Positions 10,730-21,550 of a stretch of DNA of 64,000 nt are shown here, piece by piece. Both the position numbers and the translations under genes were made by a program. Each line of letters starts with the position of its first letter. The stretch's first letter is position 1. The DNA is from Shigella phage SSP1. The stretch is from the sequence record KY963424. One strand, 5' to 3'. Below the pieces are notes generated by a model. It made no database searches, had not been told where the DNA came from, and saw only the letters and a list, made by a program, of their open reading frames with translations.

Positions 10730-11601
10730 TGTTCTGCAATCTCCAAAATATCTTTTGTAAACTTATCTAATACATCTTGACCTACAGCAGCAATAGCATC
10801 TACACAGTAGGTAGGTAAATCAACCAGAATTAAGTTTCGGTAAAGCAATTCTTCCGAAGCATTTAAATTCTGTATATATTTCTGTTTTCCAGGTAGTGGA
10901 AGCTGATCAATAATATCCAGAACGTTACCAAATTCACGAATAATATTATACCCGCGTTTTGCCCCAATACCTTCAACACCACGGATATTATCCCCTAAAT
11001 CACCCATAATTGCTTTCAGAGAGATAAACTGCTCTACATCGTCAACATTATGATGCTCATACATATCACGAAGATGGTATTCGCGACGTGTTGTAAAAGA
11101 GAAGCGAGAAACTTTATCAGTTAATAAAGTATCCCAGTCACCATCAGTAGAAATCAACCAAACGTGATCATACAGATGTCCAATGAGTTTAACGATATAA
11201 GCCGCCATATCATCTGCTTCTACACCACGAATAGTGAATGTTGGGAATGTAGTTTCACATAGTTCGAAAGCATCTTTCAAATACTCGAAGAACTGCTCAT
11301 CTAACGCTTTCTCCTCTTCCGTACGCTGCGAGTATTTCTCATCTCGATTCCCTTTATACTCAGGGAGATGCTCTAAGCGGAATGCAGACTTCCCTTTATC
11401 TCCTAAAACTATTGTAGTTCTAGCGGAATAAGATTTTGCTAGAGACTGAATAGTGGAAACATAACTTGAGGCAAATGGTTTTTTACTGTTATTATGCTTG
11501 AAGCGAAAGCCTAAGTTAGTTCCATCAACAATCATTAGGTTACGACGGGAAGCCATTTCAGCTTCCTCTTCTTCAATAAATTTTCCCCAGGATTTACTCA
11601 T
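10726..11601 (-). CDS. Flap endonuclease / 5'-3' exonuclease (T5 D15-like)
   Basis: 291 aa; N-terminal MSKSWGKFIEEEE...NLMIVDGTNLGFRF and acidic metal-binding residues characteristic of FEN/5' nuclease family. Confidence 0.8.
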   Translation of the reverse strand: MSKSWGKFIEEEEAEMASRRNLMIVDGTNLGFRFKHNNSKKPFASSYVSTIQSLAKSYSARTTIVLGDKGKSAFRLEHLPEYKGNRDEKYSQRTEEEKALDEQFFEYLKDAFELCETTFPTFTIRGVEADDMAAYIVKLIGHLYDHVWLISTDGDWDTLLTDKVSRFSFTTRREYHLRDMYEHHNVDDVEQFISLKAIMGDLGDNIRGVEGIGAKRGYNIIREFGNVLDIIDQLPLPGKQKYIQNLNASEELLYRNLILVDLPTYCVDAIAAVGQDVLDKFTKDILEIAEQ

Positions 11602-12083
11602 TATTTAATTAAGTCCTCAACAGATGCATGATGTAGCCACGGCTCAAATAAACCAATTACGATTTCCATGTCTTTCTTATTTAACACCATATGGGTACGA
11701 CTCATTAAGTTGTCAACCATCGGGTCTGAGCTATCCAAAGCTATTAACCACTGTCCTCTGTCTTTCTTGAATATTAATGCAGGTTTGGAGTTCATCTGCT
11801 CACCTTCACGTGAGCACTGCTGCCACCACTTCTCTAGAGTGGATTCACCAACATTAAATAAATTACTTGATATATTATCATCTTTATACCACTTAACTTC
11901 GAAGCAGTATTTACTAATGTGTCCGCTTTGTGGTGGAAGGTAGATGTCACCCTTCAATCCGTGGCTCTGGCCAAAAGCACCAGAACCAGGAACACGTTCC
12001 CACTCAAGACCTGTACGTTCACGTAAAATATCTCTTACCTGATATTCACCACGTTTACCCTTCTCTCTACTATCTACAGCCAT
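11601..12083 (-). CDS. Hypothetical protein (160 aa, D14-like position)
   Basis: Conserved position between flap endonuclease and SbcC-like gene. Confidence 0.5.
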   Translation of the reverse strand: MAVDSREKGKRGEYQVRDILRERTGLEWERVPGSGAFGQSHGLKGDIYLPPQSGHISKYCFEVKWYKDDNISSNLFNVGESTLEKWWQQCSREGEQMNSKPALIFKKDRGQWLIALDSSDPMVDNLMSRTHMVLNKKDMEIVIGLFEPWLHHASVEDLIK

Positions 12084-12086
12084 GTT

Positions 12087-13925
12087 TTATTCTAAGTAGG
12101 AAAATCCTTCTGCATCTTTTTTGACAGTAATCTTATGGGCCAATGGATGCGTATGCCCATGAGAAACAATGATAGAATTTAGACTTTCTTCCTCATTTAA
12201 TAATTCAACAAGGGTGTCAAGTCCTTTAGTATCAATAAAGCTAATTACTTCATCAAGGAATAGAAGATTAATATTAACTTTACTAATAGATGTTAGTAGC
12301 ATTCGAATAGCTAACAGAGTTGCTAGGTTGATTCTACTTTGCTGACCAGTAGAGCAGTTCTCCATACTGGTACGGTTTCCATCATTGAAGATTACTACTT
12401 GTAATTTCGTTTCATCAAGCTCAAATCCAAGTGCGAACTTACCGCCAGTCATAATAGAAAGGTATTTATTGATAAGCTCTTCAAATACTTTCACACTATG
12501 CTCTAGTTTATACCCTACCAGATTTTTCAATGCGGCGATCAGAATATCGAGATCAGCAACAGCTTCTGATACTCCATCTAGTTTGGAAGTAATCTCAGAC
12601 ATTTCTGCCTCAGCTTTCTCAATCTGTTCTAGTTTCGCTCTATATTTTGCATTGGCTAATTCAACATTTGCATTATGCTCTTTGGCAATTGCAACCTTAG
12701 AACGTCCGTCAGCGATTTCCTGTTCTAGTTGTCGGATTTGCACCTGTAGGTTTTGCACATTGAGTTCTTCAAAAGAGGCATCACTCATTGAATTTTTGAA
12801 CTCGTCTCTAGCTGCTACTGCTTTATCCAAAGCATCCTTTGCTCTGATATACGTAGTGTACTCAAGTTGTTCTTTCTTCAGCTGTTCTAGCTTGGTTTCA
12901 AGAGATTGCTTCTCTTTGAACAGAGGATCATATTCTGTTCTAGCCATATCCATTGCTTTTTGAGCAGCAGTTATATCCAGATGAGTACCACAAGTAGGAC
13001 ATTCAGTATTTGAAGCCTCTTGCTTGAACTTCTGATAACGTTTCTTGACTTCGCCCGCACGTGAGGTCACAATTGTTAGGTCACGCGTAACACTCGAGAT
13101 CTCTTCATTTTGGTCGGTGGGCGCAGGTAAATTTTTGAAAGGCTCGAAAGATTGTTCGGCAACTTGTACAGCTTTGTCCAAATTACGCAATTTAGTAATA
13201 TTAGCCTCTTGAGACTTGGCTAATGCCGCCTTAATTTTCGATTCAGTAAGTTCTTGTGCTAAGGGTTCTTCGTCAAACTCAGGCACTTCGACTGGTTCCT
13301 GCAAAGTTCCCAGATTATTCTTTCCATTAAGGATTTTCGTAATTACAGCCATTTGGCCCTGCAAATTATTCAAGGTATTTGCTATTTCTTTACGGTCGGC
13401 CTTAATAGTTTCTGACATTTCTTTGTACTGTTCTTGATTGAACAAGTTAACAAGAAAAGCCTTACGTGTTGCATCTGTTGCTTTTAGAAAATCTAGGTTG
13501 GAACCCACTGATTGATAAATTAGTTTGGTGAATGTTTGGAAGTCACCACCCATAATCTCTTCAATCATCTTGTATGTTTGAGTTGCCGTGTGGCCACTAA
13601 TATCTTCTCCATTCTTAATAAGAGTTACTTTAGCAGTTGATTTAACTACTTTATGCAATTCATACTCATCTTCATCTTTTGAGAAGTAAGCGTGCATATC
13701 ATACTCTTTTTTCGGAGAAGACCAGGAGAACAGAGCATCCTTCTTAATACCACGTGAGTTCTTATTATAAAATAGTTCTTCAATAACAGTAGCAATAGTG
13801 GATTTTCCTAACCCATTGCCACCAATTAGTTGGGTAACTGGATTCTTATCGAAATGAATTACGATGTCCTTACCGTAAGACATAACGTTACTAAATTTTA
13901 GTGTCTTAATTGTAATCTTTGACAT
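12087..13925 (-). CDS. SbcC/Rad50-like recombination ATPase
   Basis: Walker A GGNGLGKST near N-terminus, long coiled-coil middle, C-terminal LLFLDEV signature/D-loop; start chosen at MSKITIK (ORF extends to 14006). Confidence 0.8.
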   Translation of the reverse strand: MSKITIKTLKFSNVMSYGKDIVIHFDKNPVTQLIGGNGLGKSTIATVIEELFYNKNSRGIKKDALFSWSSPKKEYDMHAYFSKDEDEYELHKVVKSTAKVTLIKNGEDISGHTATQTYKMIEEIMGGDFQTFTKLIYQSVGSNLDFLKATDATRKAFLVNLFNQEQYKEMSETIKADRKEIANTLNNLQGQMAVITKILNGKNNLGTLQEPVEVPEFDEEPLAQELTESKIKAALAKSQEANITKLRNLDKAVQVAEQSFEPFKNLPAPTDQNEEISSVTRDLTIVTSRAGEVKKRYQKFKQEASNTECPTCGTHLDITAAQKAMDMARTEYDPLFKEKQSLETKLEQLKKEQLEYTTYIRAKDALDKAVAARDEFKNSMSDASFEELNVQNLQVQIRQLEQEIADGRSKVAIAKEHNANVELANAKYRAKLEQIEKAEAEMSEITSKLDGVSEAVADLDILIAALKNLVGYKLEHSVKVFEELINKYLSIMTGGKFALGFELDETKLQVVIFNDGNRTSMENCSTGQQSRINLATLLAIRMLLTSISKVNINLLFLDEVISFIDTKGLDTLVELLNEEESLNSIIVSHGHTHPLAHKITVKKDAEGFSYLE

Positions 13926-14883
13926 ATTTCGCAGCTCTAGCCAAGATTCTATCAATGTCACCTTGAGATAGCTTCTCAACTTCACGGAAGTAAAGTTCAA
14001 GTTCACCTAACATATCAAGATCAACAAGATTTAACTTAGCGTCTTTAGTAACTCGATGATTAATCTTCTTATCTAATAAATCAGAGTCTTTGATAGACTT
14101 TAATTGAACAACGTCACCAGTAACTTCATAGACTACACGATCATAATCACTAGGTTCCATCTCTTCACCAGCTCCGATTGTTTTACGAATCAGTTGTGGT
14201 AAATCACCGAGTTCAATCCATTCTACTTTTAATGTATCGGTATCAATGATAAAGCAACCATTTGTACCTTTTGTGCGTTCTCTATGGAACGATGTAGTTA
14301 ATGGAGACCCTGGGTAGAGGAGTCTAGTAGATCCGATAGTCTGGCTATTAGTATAAGAATGTAAATCGCCAGCAATTACAGTATCATAACAGTTGTACTT
14401 AGTTAGATCAATTTCTGGTTTTACATGTGGAGGGATTTCACCACGAACATGCGTGAAACATAGTTTTGATTCAGATGGTTTCCACTTAGACTTATGGATC
14501 TCATCATACGGAACAATATCAAATTCAGGGGAACGATATGGTTTGGTAATTACTTCCCACTTCCCACTCGTTACTTTATTAATAACTCCCGCATAATGAT
14601 ATAGGCATGAAATAGTTTTAGTTAACATTTCATGATTTCCAGTAAAGATTTTGCCCGGATGGTCAAGTCTTGACATGAACTGTTCAAGCAGTTCTATTTC
14701 TTCTGACGACGGGTCGGCAACATCAAGTATATCACCACCAGCAATATGAAGATCACAGTTATGATTATGGAATATATCATTTAACCGTTCTCCTAGCATC
14801 AGGAAGCGACGCTTCTGCCATTCCTTTGGAACTTTATCTTGTCCTAGTTTGATATGATGATCAGCACTAAATAATATTCTCAT
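13906..14883 (-). CDS. SbcD/Mre11-like nuclease
   Basis: MRILFSADHH, GDILD, GNHE calcineurin-like phosphoesterase motifs. Confidence 0.8.
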   Translation of the reverse strand: MRILFSADHHIKLGQDKVPKEWQKRRFLMLGERLNDIFHNHNCDLHIAGGDILDVADPSSEEIELLEQFMSRLDHPGKIFTGNHEMLTKTISCLYHYAGVINKVTSGKWEVITKPYRSPEFDIVPYDEIHKSKWKPSESKLCFTHVRGEIPPHVKPEIDLTKYNCYDTVIAGDLHSYTNSQTIGSTRLLYPGSPLTTSFHRERTKGTNGCFIIDTDTLKVEWIELGDLPQLIRKTIGAGEEMEPSDYDRVVYEVTGDVVQLKSIKDSDLLDKKINHRVTKDAKLNLVDLDMLGELELYFREVEKLSQGDIDRILARAAKYVKDYN

Positions 14884-14888
14884 TGGTT

Positions 14889-14912
14889 AAAAAGAAAGGG
14901 GCCGAAGCCCCT
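14889..14912 (-). terminator. Intrinsic terminator (minus strand)
   Basis: AGGGGC-CGAA-GCCCCT hairpin with T-run on minus strand. Confidence 0.55.
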
Positions 14913-14919
14913 CTATTTA

Positions 14920-15693
14920 TTAGTCGTCCAGATCGCTTGCAGCTTCTGTGTCAATACCTTTCTGGGAGCCTGCATTGCTATTACCAGATTTGGCATCATC
15001 ATCTTTATTCTCACGACCCTCCATGAAGGCTTGAATTGCTTCTTTCTGCTCTTCATAGGTAGGAACCGGATAGGTTTGTTCCAGAGAAGGAACTTTTTCG
15101 AACTTAATGATGTCGCCATCTTCATCACACATAGCTTCACCGATCAGATCTACGTCTGCAGCATATTGCTTAGATTCTGCACTGTTAGGATCTTGCAGCT
15201 TAATCTGGAACTGCATAGCAGCAATCTGCTGTACATCATACTCAGTATCGAAACCTTTACCTTTTTTCTCGATAGAAATATCAATATCAAACGGAGTTGC
15301 CAGATTCAACTGCTTCATGATAGACTGGATGCCTTTCAGAATCGTAGCCTTGACTTCCATTACTTTCAGTTTGTTATCAGAACGGTCGATAACAAAAGCG
15401 ATATAGTTTTTCTTCGGTTTCAGCGGAACACGATTACCATCTTTATCCAGCTCTTTCTCGAAGAAGCCCATCTCATGAACCGGATCAGCTTTACCACGAA
15501 CAAAGCTCTCTTTGTCACGGTTAAAACGGAGGCATTCGAAAGGAGCTACGTTACCCTCTTTATTAGTCAGCCAATAGACATAACGTGGAAGAACACCAGA
15601 AACGATACGAACACGAGTGATACCGTTGTTGAACTTCAGGAATTCGATTTTATCGTTAGAACCGCCAGTAGTTTCGCCCCAAGACTTAGCCAT
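14920..15693 (-). CDS. Putative ssDNA-binding protein (acidic C-terminal tail)
   Basis: 257 aa; C-terminus DTEAASDLDD acidic tail typical of SSBs; location within replication module; assignment tentative. Confidence 0.45.
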   Translation of the reverse strand: MAKSWGETTGGSNDKIEFLKFNNGITRVRIVSGVLPRYVYWLTNKEGNVAPFECLRFNRDKESFVRGKADPVHEMGFFEKELDKDGNRVPLKPKKNYIAFVIDRSDNKLKVMEVKATILKGIQSIMKQLNLATPFDIDISIEKKGKGFDTEYDVQQIAAMQFQIKLQDPNSAESKQYAADVDLIGEAMCDEDGDIIKFEKVPSLEQTYPVPTYEEQKEAIQAFMEGRENKDDDAKSGNSNAGSQKGIDTEAASDLDD

Positions 15694-15970
15694 ATTTTAT
15701 TTCCTCTTTAAAGATTAATTTCGATTTGTTAATTGCGATTAGTGGGTTAGTGTCGATTACTAAACGTGGTATCCATACTGGAACATATTGTATGTCCAAA
15801 CTAGGATCGTTTGTAAACTTGTATTCGGCATAATTTCGTAGACTTAAAATCCCTAGATATTCTGCCAGTTGTCTATTAGACAATTTATTTGGATTATCAA
15901 CTATTGTTGATTCATTCAAAATGAATGAGGAACCGACCAATAATTGGTGAGCATCAGGCTCTGTAAGCAT
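15686..15970 (-). CDS. Hypothetical protein (94 aa)
   Basis: ORF downstream of tandem early promoters. Confidence 0.45.
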   Translation of the reverse strand: MLTEPDAHQLLVGSSFILNESTIVDNPNKLSNRQLAEYLGILSLRNYAEYKFTNDPSLDIQYVPVWIPRLVIDTNPLIAINKSKLIFKEEIKYG

Positions 15971-16077
15971 TCTTTTGAATAGCTTAATAATTAGGTCGGA
16001 ATTTCCTCTAGCTAGTAAGTATAGCTTTTCATAATCGAAGAATTTAATTTTTGTTTTCTCCTCGAATTTATGTATAT

Positions 16078-16107
16078 ATTATACTAGATTTCGAGAGAAT
16101 TTAGCAA
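16078..16107 (-). promoter_or_regulatory. T5-type early promoter (TTGCTA-18-TATAAT)
   Basis: Reverse complement reads AAAATTTTAGTTGCTAAATTCTCTCGAAATCTAGTATAAT with A-rich upstream region. Confidence 0.6.
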
Positions 16108-16178
16108 CTAAAATTTTTATTTTTCTGCTTCGGACTTTCTTATCAAACCGAAACTTTCTCTCTCAAATTTATGTATAT

Positions 16179-16207
16179 ATTATACATCATTTATGAGCTA
16201 TTGCCAA
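16179..16207 (-). promoter_or_regulatory. Second tandem early promoter (TTGGCA-17-TATAAT)
   Basis: Reverse complement TTGGCAATAGCTCATAAATGATGTATAAT followed by conserved ATACATAAATTTGAGAGAG box; overlaps stop of helicase gene. Confidence 0.5.
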
Positions 16208-17543
16208 ATGCAATTTTAGCTAATTGAACTGCTTTCTCCGGAGTCATAGTAATAGTTTTCCACCCGTTATTACGATATACTGCCATACGTCCAGAAGCCT
16301 GTCTTAGTCCAGTACCACCTTTCATAATTAGATCTACAACAATAGGATCGAGTTTACCCTTGACAATACGTTGAACACGGCCTGCAAGCTGTTCAATGAG
16401 AGATTCATTATTAATAAGACTTCCCATTATTAAACAAGACAGCTCATTAAGGGAAATACCTTCAGAGAAGATACTTTGAGCGGCTGCGAGTACACAAGGT
16501 CCACCTTTTGCTATATCTTCCTGAATTTTTAATCGATCATCTAAGTGGGTTGCCCCTATAATTTCATATGTTGTAACACCACGCTGTGCAAGAGCTTCTA
16601 GTACTGTTTGGATTAACTCTGTTCTGTCACTTACAATGAGTACTTTATGCCCCATATTCACATATAAATGTGCTAGATTTATAATAGTCTCTCGATATTC
16701 AGGATGGTTGTACACATCATTAGCACGTAATGCCCATGGCACATTCTGATTTCCTGATAACTCAACAGGCACGGAGTACCTATGGATTGTAGGTGCAATA
16801 GTATTATTAACCGGCGGGCTAAAGATCTTATATCCAAAGAAATCTTTGAACATAACTTGTAGACCATCTTTTCTTTTTAATGTTCCAGATAGCCCGATTT
16901 TATAGCGAGCACATGATATTTCTAGGAAGTTAGTGAAAGTTGTAGCCACACAATGGTGAACTTCATCAACTATAACAGTACCGAATACTTTAGAAAGATT
17001 ATTCGCATGTTTATTCACTGTTTGAATATTACTGACCACAATTGGTGGGTCAATATTGTATTTCCCGGAACCTATGATGCCTGGTTCAAACCCAAACCAT
17101 TTACGAACTTCTGCCGCCCACATTTCACGAATAGATGTGTTGGTACAAATTACCAAAGTTTTCTGGCCAAATTTATACGCAAGCGCAAGGGCTAGGATAG
17201 TTTTACCAAATCCAGGCTTACCATTAATAATACAGGTATCATCGCATTCTTCGTATATTGGAAGCTGGTCTTCTTCACGCAGCTTGAACTTAGGTTTTGG
17301 TATATCTACCGGAGCTAATGTGCGTTTATCAACTAATTCGTATTTTACTCCTTTAGCATCTAGTAAGTCTAGACGTGTAATAGGAATCCACTTAATCTCT
17401 TTGGCAACAACACCACTATTCTTATACATAATAGGGTATTTACTAGTCATTGTCTCAATGTGATAAGTGGTTTGCTTACTACAATAATCCCAAAGTTCAT
17501 CATCGGGCTTGAAATAGGCTTTATTAGATATAACAACCTTCAT
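16191..17543 (-). CDS. SF2 DNA helicase (DEAH box)
   Basis: Walker A GKPGFGKT, Walker B VIVDEVHH, C-terminal helicase domain. Confidence 0.8.
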   Translation of the reverse strand: MKVVISNKAYFKPDDELWDYCSKQTTYHIETMTSKYPIMYKNSGVVAKEIKWIPITRLDLLDAKGVKYELVDKRTLAPVDIPKPKFKLREEDQLPIYEECDDTCIINGKPGFGKTILALALAYKFGQKTLVICTNTSIREMWAAEVRKWFGFEPGIIGSGKYNIDPPIVVSNIQTVNKHANNLSKVFGTVIVDEVHHCVATTFTNFLEISCARYKIGLSGTLKRKDGLQVMFKDFFGYKIFSPPVNNTIAPTIHRYSVPVELSGNQNVPWALRANDVYNHPEYRETIINLAHLYVNMGHKVLIVSDRTELIQTVLEALAQRGVTTYEIIGATHLDDRLKIQEDIAKGGPCVLAAAQSIFSEGISLNELSCLIMGSLINNESLIEQLAGRVQRIVKGKLDPIVVDLIMKGGTGLRQASGRMAVYRNNGWKTITMTPEKAVQLAKIAFGNSS

Positions 17544-18037
17544 AATTTTATTCTAAGTCTAGGAATTTCAGGCTCCTCTTGATGGACTTGATAAATAACA
17601 GGGCTATTATTTACCAGAATATAGCTTATATAAGCTGGAACATAGGATAATACAAATGGATATGGAACCTTAGCTACATAGCATTGGTATTTTCCGTTAT
17701 AAATTCTAGCTGAATGCAAAACTTTAGAGGTGACAACATCATAGAACGTAGTTTTCTTCCAGTTAATAAGATTTCCATCAGAATCTATAAATTGGCTACG
17801 CTTTGACCCAACTAATTGAGACAACATTGATATTCTACCTCTAATAGGGTAGAGCTTGTATGGTAATTCTTTCCGTTTCTCAAATAGAATAAGCCTACGT
17901 TGAGAAAACGTGCCAGGCAACTTCCTGTTATCTAGCACATATTTATTATATCTTGTTGTAATTACGGAATAATCACCTTCTTGCTCAATTGATACAAATG
18001 CCCGTAAAGCATATACGGGCAATTTGAAATCAAGCAC
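17540..18037 (-). CDS. Hypothetical protein (165 aa)
   Basis: ORF translationally coupled between DNA polymerase and helicase. Confidence 0.5.
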   Translation of the reverse strand: MLDFKLPVYALRAFVSIEQEGDYSVITTRYNKYVLDNRKLPGTFSQRRLILFEKRKELPYKLYPIRGRISMLSQLVGSKRSQFIDSDGNLINWKKTTFYDVVTSKVLHSARIYNGKYQCYVAKVPYPFVLSYVPAYISYILVNNSPVIYQVHQEEPEIPRLRIKL

Positions 18038-20597
18038 CGAGAATCCTTCTCACGTTATCCAAATCTTTACATACAGCAATAAACTTATCATCCTTGTATT
18101 TGCTATGATCTGGATGCTCTTTATCCATTGCAGCTAGTTTCTTATACTCGAACTCTGCATCAAGTAATACACCCTTAACATAACGAGTATATTCATCATC
18201 ATCAATACAAGCGATTGATGGGTGCTGTTTCTTCATCTTACCACAAGAATAGTCACGAGAACCTCCAGCTTCAGAATCTGAATCAATACCAATCGGACAG
18301 CCAGGAATACTGATACCACGGTCTTTTTGAATATTACGAATCAGGATTTCATTGTATTGGTCGATCAAATCCTCACGAACAATAGCAACTACGGAGTCGT
18401 GAACCAGCATAACAATCTTCATCTCTTGTTCTAGGCCAAGAGAGATGATCTCATTATCTGCATCTACAGCCCCTAAAAGGAGACTATCAGAAGAAGCAGA
18501 CTGAATGATTGCGTTAAATCCAGAACGGATTTCTTCACCCTGAACACCACGGTCTTCGGAGTGGATATTATGCAGACGACGTTTACGACCAAAGTGACTA
18601 TAGATAAATCCATGATTCTTGATCTGATCGTGGCACTTATCAATCCAACGCTTAAGCTGTGGGAACTGACCGAAGTAAGTTTCAATGTACTCTTTAGCAT
18701 CTGCAACAGTACACTCTACAAACGGTTCACCTGTCTTAGCAGCCTGTTCCAGAAGAGCTTCGTTAACAGAATGAGCTACTTTAGCTGGGCCAGAACCATA
18801 CAGAATACCAAAGGTGATTGCTTTAGCTGCTTGACGCAGAGCTGGGAATAGCTTTTTAACATCACGAGGCTCGCATTGGAGTTTAAATACCATGTGTGCG
18901 ATGTTAGAGTGGAAGTCAGGGTATTTATCTGGTTCATTTCTCATGTTGATAAATACTTGTTGCATATTTCTATCGCCAGATAGAACAGCAGCATAATAAA
19001 CTTCCGCAGTTGTTAAGTCCCATGCAATTACACGGTATCCTACAGGGGCTACTACACAACCCTTGATAATGGATTCATCACGTGGTAACTGTTGCAGGTT
19101 CAGTTTACCAGAAGAACTCAGACGACCAGAAGTAGTCATATGTTCATGGAAGCCAGTACGAATGCAACCATCAGCATCAATACTCAGAAGAATTTTCTCA
19201 ACGTAAGTAGAGATCAGCTTAGTCAGCTTACGAATCTCTAGTAGAGTCTTAGCAATTGGATGCTGCGTAGACAATTCGTTCAGAGCTTCTGCATCTGTAG
19301 AGTCTGCTCCAGTATCCGTCAATTTACCTGTTGGAGTTAACCCAACATAATCAAACAGAAGAACACGGAGTTGTTTAACAGAGTTTGGGTTAAACGCTTC
19401 GTTCTGATCTTTCTCTAGCTGAACGACTTCTGGGTAAGTATACAGCTTCTCACGGGCTTTATTCAGATTATGAGTTAACTGATACTGAGCTTCTTTCAAG
19501 CGATCAATAGAAATTGGTACACCACGATCCTCAACACGCTGGAGAAATACACAACCAGGCATTAGGACATCATAATACAGGCTGCAAAGTTTTTCATTCT
19601 TCTCAATTTTTGGTAAGAAGAAGTTGTGCAAACGTAGTGTGGCATCAGTATCTTTTGCAGCGTAAGGCCACATAATATCAAACGGAATTAAATCATAGGT
19701 GAAATCTTCTTTCTTGATTTTATGTGCTTTGCAGTAATCCTCCTTGAACTTATCTAGTTCAAAGTCATAGTCACCCATATCGGTATACTTCATTGCTAGA
19801 GATTTCAAGCCATGAGTACCACGACGCTCATCTAGAACATAATGCTGCAACATTGTATCATGGAGCCTGCGTTCTTTATGTGCTTTATCAAAAGTAAGTC
19901 CCAGATGGTACTTATAAAAGTGCATATCAAACTTCAAGTTGTGAAAAACAATAGTGTGGTTTTCACTATCTAGAATTTTCTGGAGATAATATACTGCAAC
20001 CTCTGTGAGACAATCAGAATCGATATACACACCCTGATACTCTTGGTGAGACATAGAAACACCAAGCAGATAACCATCTCGACAGTATAGTGCTGAGGTT
20101 TCGGAGTCGAATGCGACAGGTCCGATAACCATATTATACACCATCTTGATATATTCTTCCGCCTCGTCAGGGTCAGTAATAGGACGGTAATCACCAGCTT
20201 TTGCAATCTTCTCACGACCATTGATAATATCGTGGATATTTTCTACTGTTGCATCGAAAACTGGTTTCATTTCAGGCTTAAAGTGTAACTGGGCTGGGCT
20301 GATACTCGCAATCCAGTTAGCATATCCATTATACTCTACACGTTTACCAGTATAGTCACCAATGCCTTTCTTACCTGCGAAATACAGGAAAGGTTCAGCA
20401 CCTACTAGTATAACAAAATCGTAATCATTCGGATCAAATGGGTTTTCTGGTGTTCCAATAGTAATGTGCTTTTTAAGCAAACGACCGGATAACTTTTCGT
20501 TACACATATGGAATACATCAACTTTCTCGCCGTATAGCTGGAAATGTTTATCGTAACGAGTGTTATTTAGAGCTTTATCAACTACTGCTATTTTCAA
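18030..20597 (-). CDS. DNA polymerase, family A, with 3'-5' exonuclease domain
   Basis: 855 aa; exo motif FDSETSALY; Pol A motif B RQAAKAITFGILYGSG; motif C VHDS. Confidence 0.9.
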   Translation of the reverse strand: MKIAVVDKALNNTRYDKHFQLYGEKVDVFHMCNEKLSGRLLKKHITIGTPENPFDPNDYDFVILVGAEPFLYFAGKKGIGDYTGKRVEYNGYANWIASISPAQLHFKPEMKPVFDATVENIHDIINGREKIAKAGDYRPITDPDEAEEYIKMVYNMVIGPVAFDSETSALYCRDGYLLGVSMSHQEYQGVYIDSDCLTEVAVYYLQKILDSENHTIVFHNLKFDMHFYKYHLGLTFDKAHKERRLHDTMLQHYVLDERRGTHGLKSLAMKYTDMGDYDFELDKFKEDYCKAHKIKKEDFTYDLIPFDIMWPYAAKDTDATLRLHNFFLPKIEKNEKLCSLYYDVLMPGCVFLQRVEDRGVPISIDRLKEAQYQLTHNLNKAREKLYTYPEVVQLEKDQNEAFNPNSVKQLRVLLFDYVGLTPTGKLTDTGADSTDAEALNELSTQHPIAKTLLEIRKLTKLISTYVEKILLSIDADGCIRTGFHEHMTTSGRLSSSGKLNLQQLPRDESIIKGCVVAPVGYRVIAWDLTTAEVYYAAVLSGDRNMQQVFINMRNEPDKYPDFHSNIAHMVFKLQCEPRDVKKLFPALRQAAKAITFGILYGSGPAKVAHSVNEALLEQAAKTGEPFVECTVADAKEYIETYFGQFPQLKRWIDKCHDQIKNHGFIYSHFGRKRRLHNIHSEDRGVQGEEIRSGFNAIIQSASSDSLLLGAVDADNEIISLGLEQEMKIVMLVHDSVVAIVREDLIDQYNEILIRNIQKDRGISIPGCPIGIDSDSEAGGSRDYSCGKMKKQHPSIACIDDDEYTRYVKGVLLDAEFEYKKLAAMDKEHPDHSKYKDDKFIAVCKDLDNVRRILGA

Positions 20598-20658
20598 ATT
20601 TAATCTCCTCTTGGTAAGTAAGTATAACTTCAGTGTTTCTTCTCTAACTTACCAATAT

Positions 20659-20688
20659 ATTATACCAAATCTTTAAGCGATTCAGCAA
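20659..20688 (-). promoter_or_regulatory. Putative early promoter inside 3' end of primase gene (TTGCTG-18-TATAAT)
   Basis: Reverse complement TTGCTGAATCGCTTAAAGATTTGGTATAAT upstream of polymerase start. Confidence 0.45.
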
Positions 20689-21550
20689 CTAAAATTTCAA
20701 TACGTTTTGCTAACATATCAATTTCATCTTTGTTTAAGTCACCTGGATCTTTGCCTTCTGGTAGAAGAAAGTTAGCAACTACAGGTGTTAAACGCGTTTT
20801 TGTACGAATTAATTTGGCCAATGCTTGTGCAGCTTTATTACCAGAAGCATCATTATCTAGTAAGATAACAACAACTTTAACACCAGCAATAATATAAGGA
20901 CTGAACTTATCTGCAATGTTATCTGGAGTGAACTGATGTGTACCAAAGCAGCAAGAAGCATAGTCTATACCATTATCCTCTAGGTTCAGCATATCAAAGA
21001 TACCTTCAACTAGGATAAGAACTGGAGTATTATATCGTACAGGGAAAATCGGTGGTGAAACTTGTTTTGGTTTTACTAAGTATTTAGGAGGGGCAGAACT
21101 GTTTATAGAACGACCCAAAAATAGGATATTGCGTCCAACAGCATCTGTGATTGGGAATACAATTCTGCCTTCCCAGTCTGCTTGGTGTTGGAAAGCAAAA
21201 TATTTCTTCAAGGTCTTAGAACTTATACCTCGGAAATCACCTTCGAAAAGGTAAGCAGATTCAGGAATTGCAAGATTCGTAGATCCATTCCTAATCTCTG
21301 AAATCTTTTTACGTACCTGCGATAGTCTTGGGGACTGTCGGTACTGAGTCTCATTAAAATAATGGTAAATGCTCGGTATACCTTTACCGAAGCCACAACT
21401 CAAGCAGTGCATAATACCTGTTTCAGGATCAATACGCAAACTTGGGTGTTTATCGTCATGATCTGGATTGAGACAACAGATGAGGATGTCCCCACCTGTG
21501 TCTTTATATTCAATGCCTTTCAGATCAAGTAGTTCTGTTATTCTACTCAT
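20660..21550 (-). CDS. DNA primase (DnaG-like zinc-binding + Toprim)
   Basis: CxxC...HCLSCGF zinc ribbon near N-terminus; Toprim-like acidic cluster VVILLDNDASG. Confidence 0.75.
   Translation of the reverse strand: MSRITELLDLKGIEYKDTGGDILICCLNPDHDDKHPSLRIDPETGIMHCLSCGFGKGIPSIYHYFNETQYRQSPRLSQVRKKISEIRNGSTNLAIPESAYLFEGDFRGISSKTLKKYFAFQHQADWEGRIVFPITDAVGRNILFLGRSINSSAPPKYLVKPKQVSPPIFPVRYNTPVLILVEGIFDMLNLEDNGIDYASCCFGTHQFTPDNIADKFSPYIIAGVKVVVILLDNDASGNKAAQALAKLIRTKTRLTPVVANFLLPEGKDPGDLNKDEIDMLAKRIEILVAESLKDLV

Noticed and set aside
12385-12963. 192-aa plus-strand ORF antisense to the SbcC-like gene
   Set aside because: Ser/Cys-rich low-complexity translation of the antisense of a coiled-coil region; no promoter or RBS
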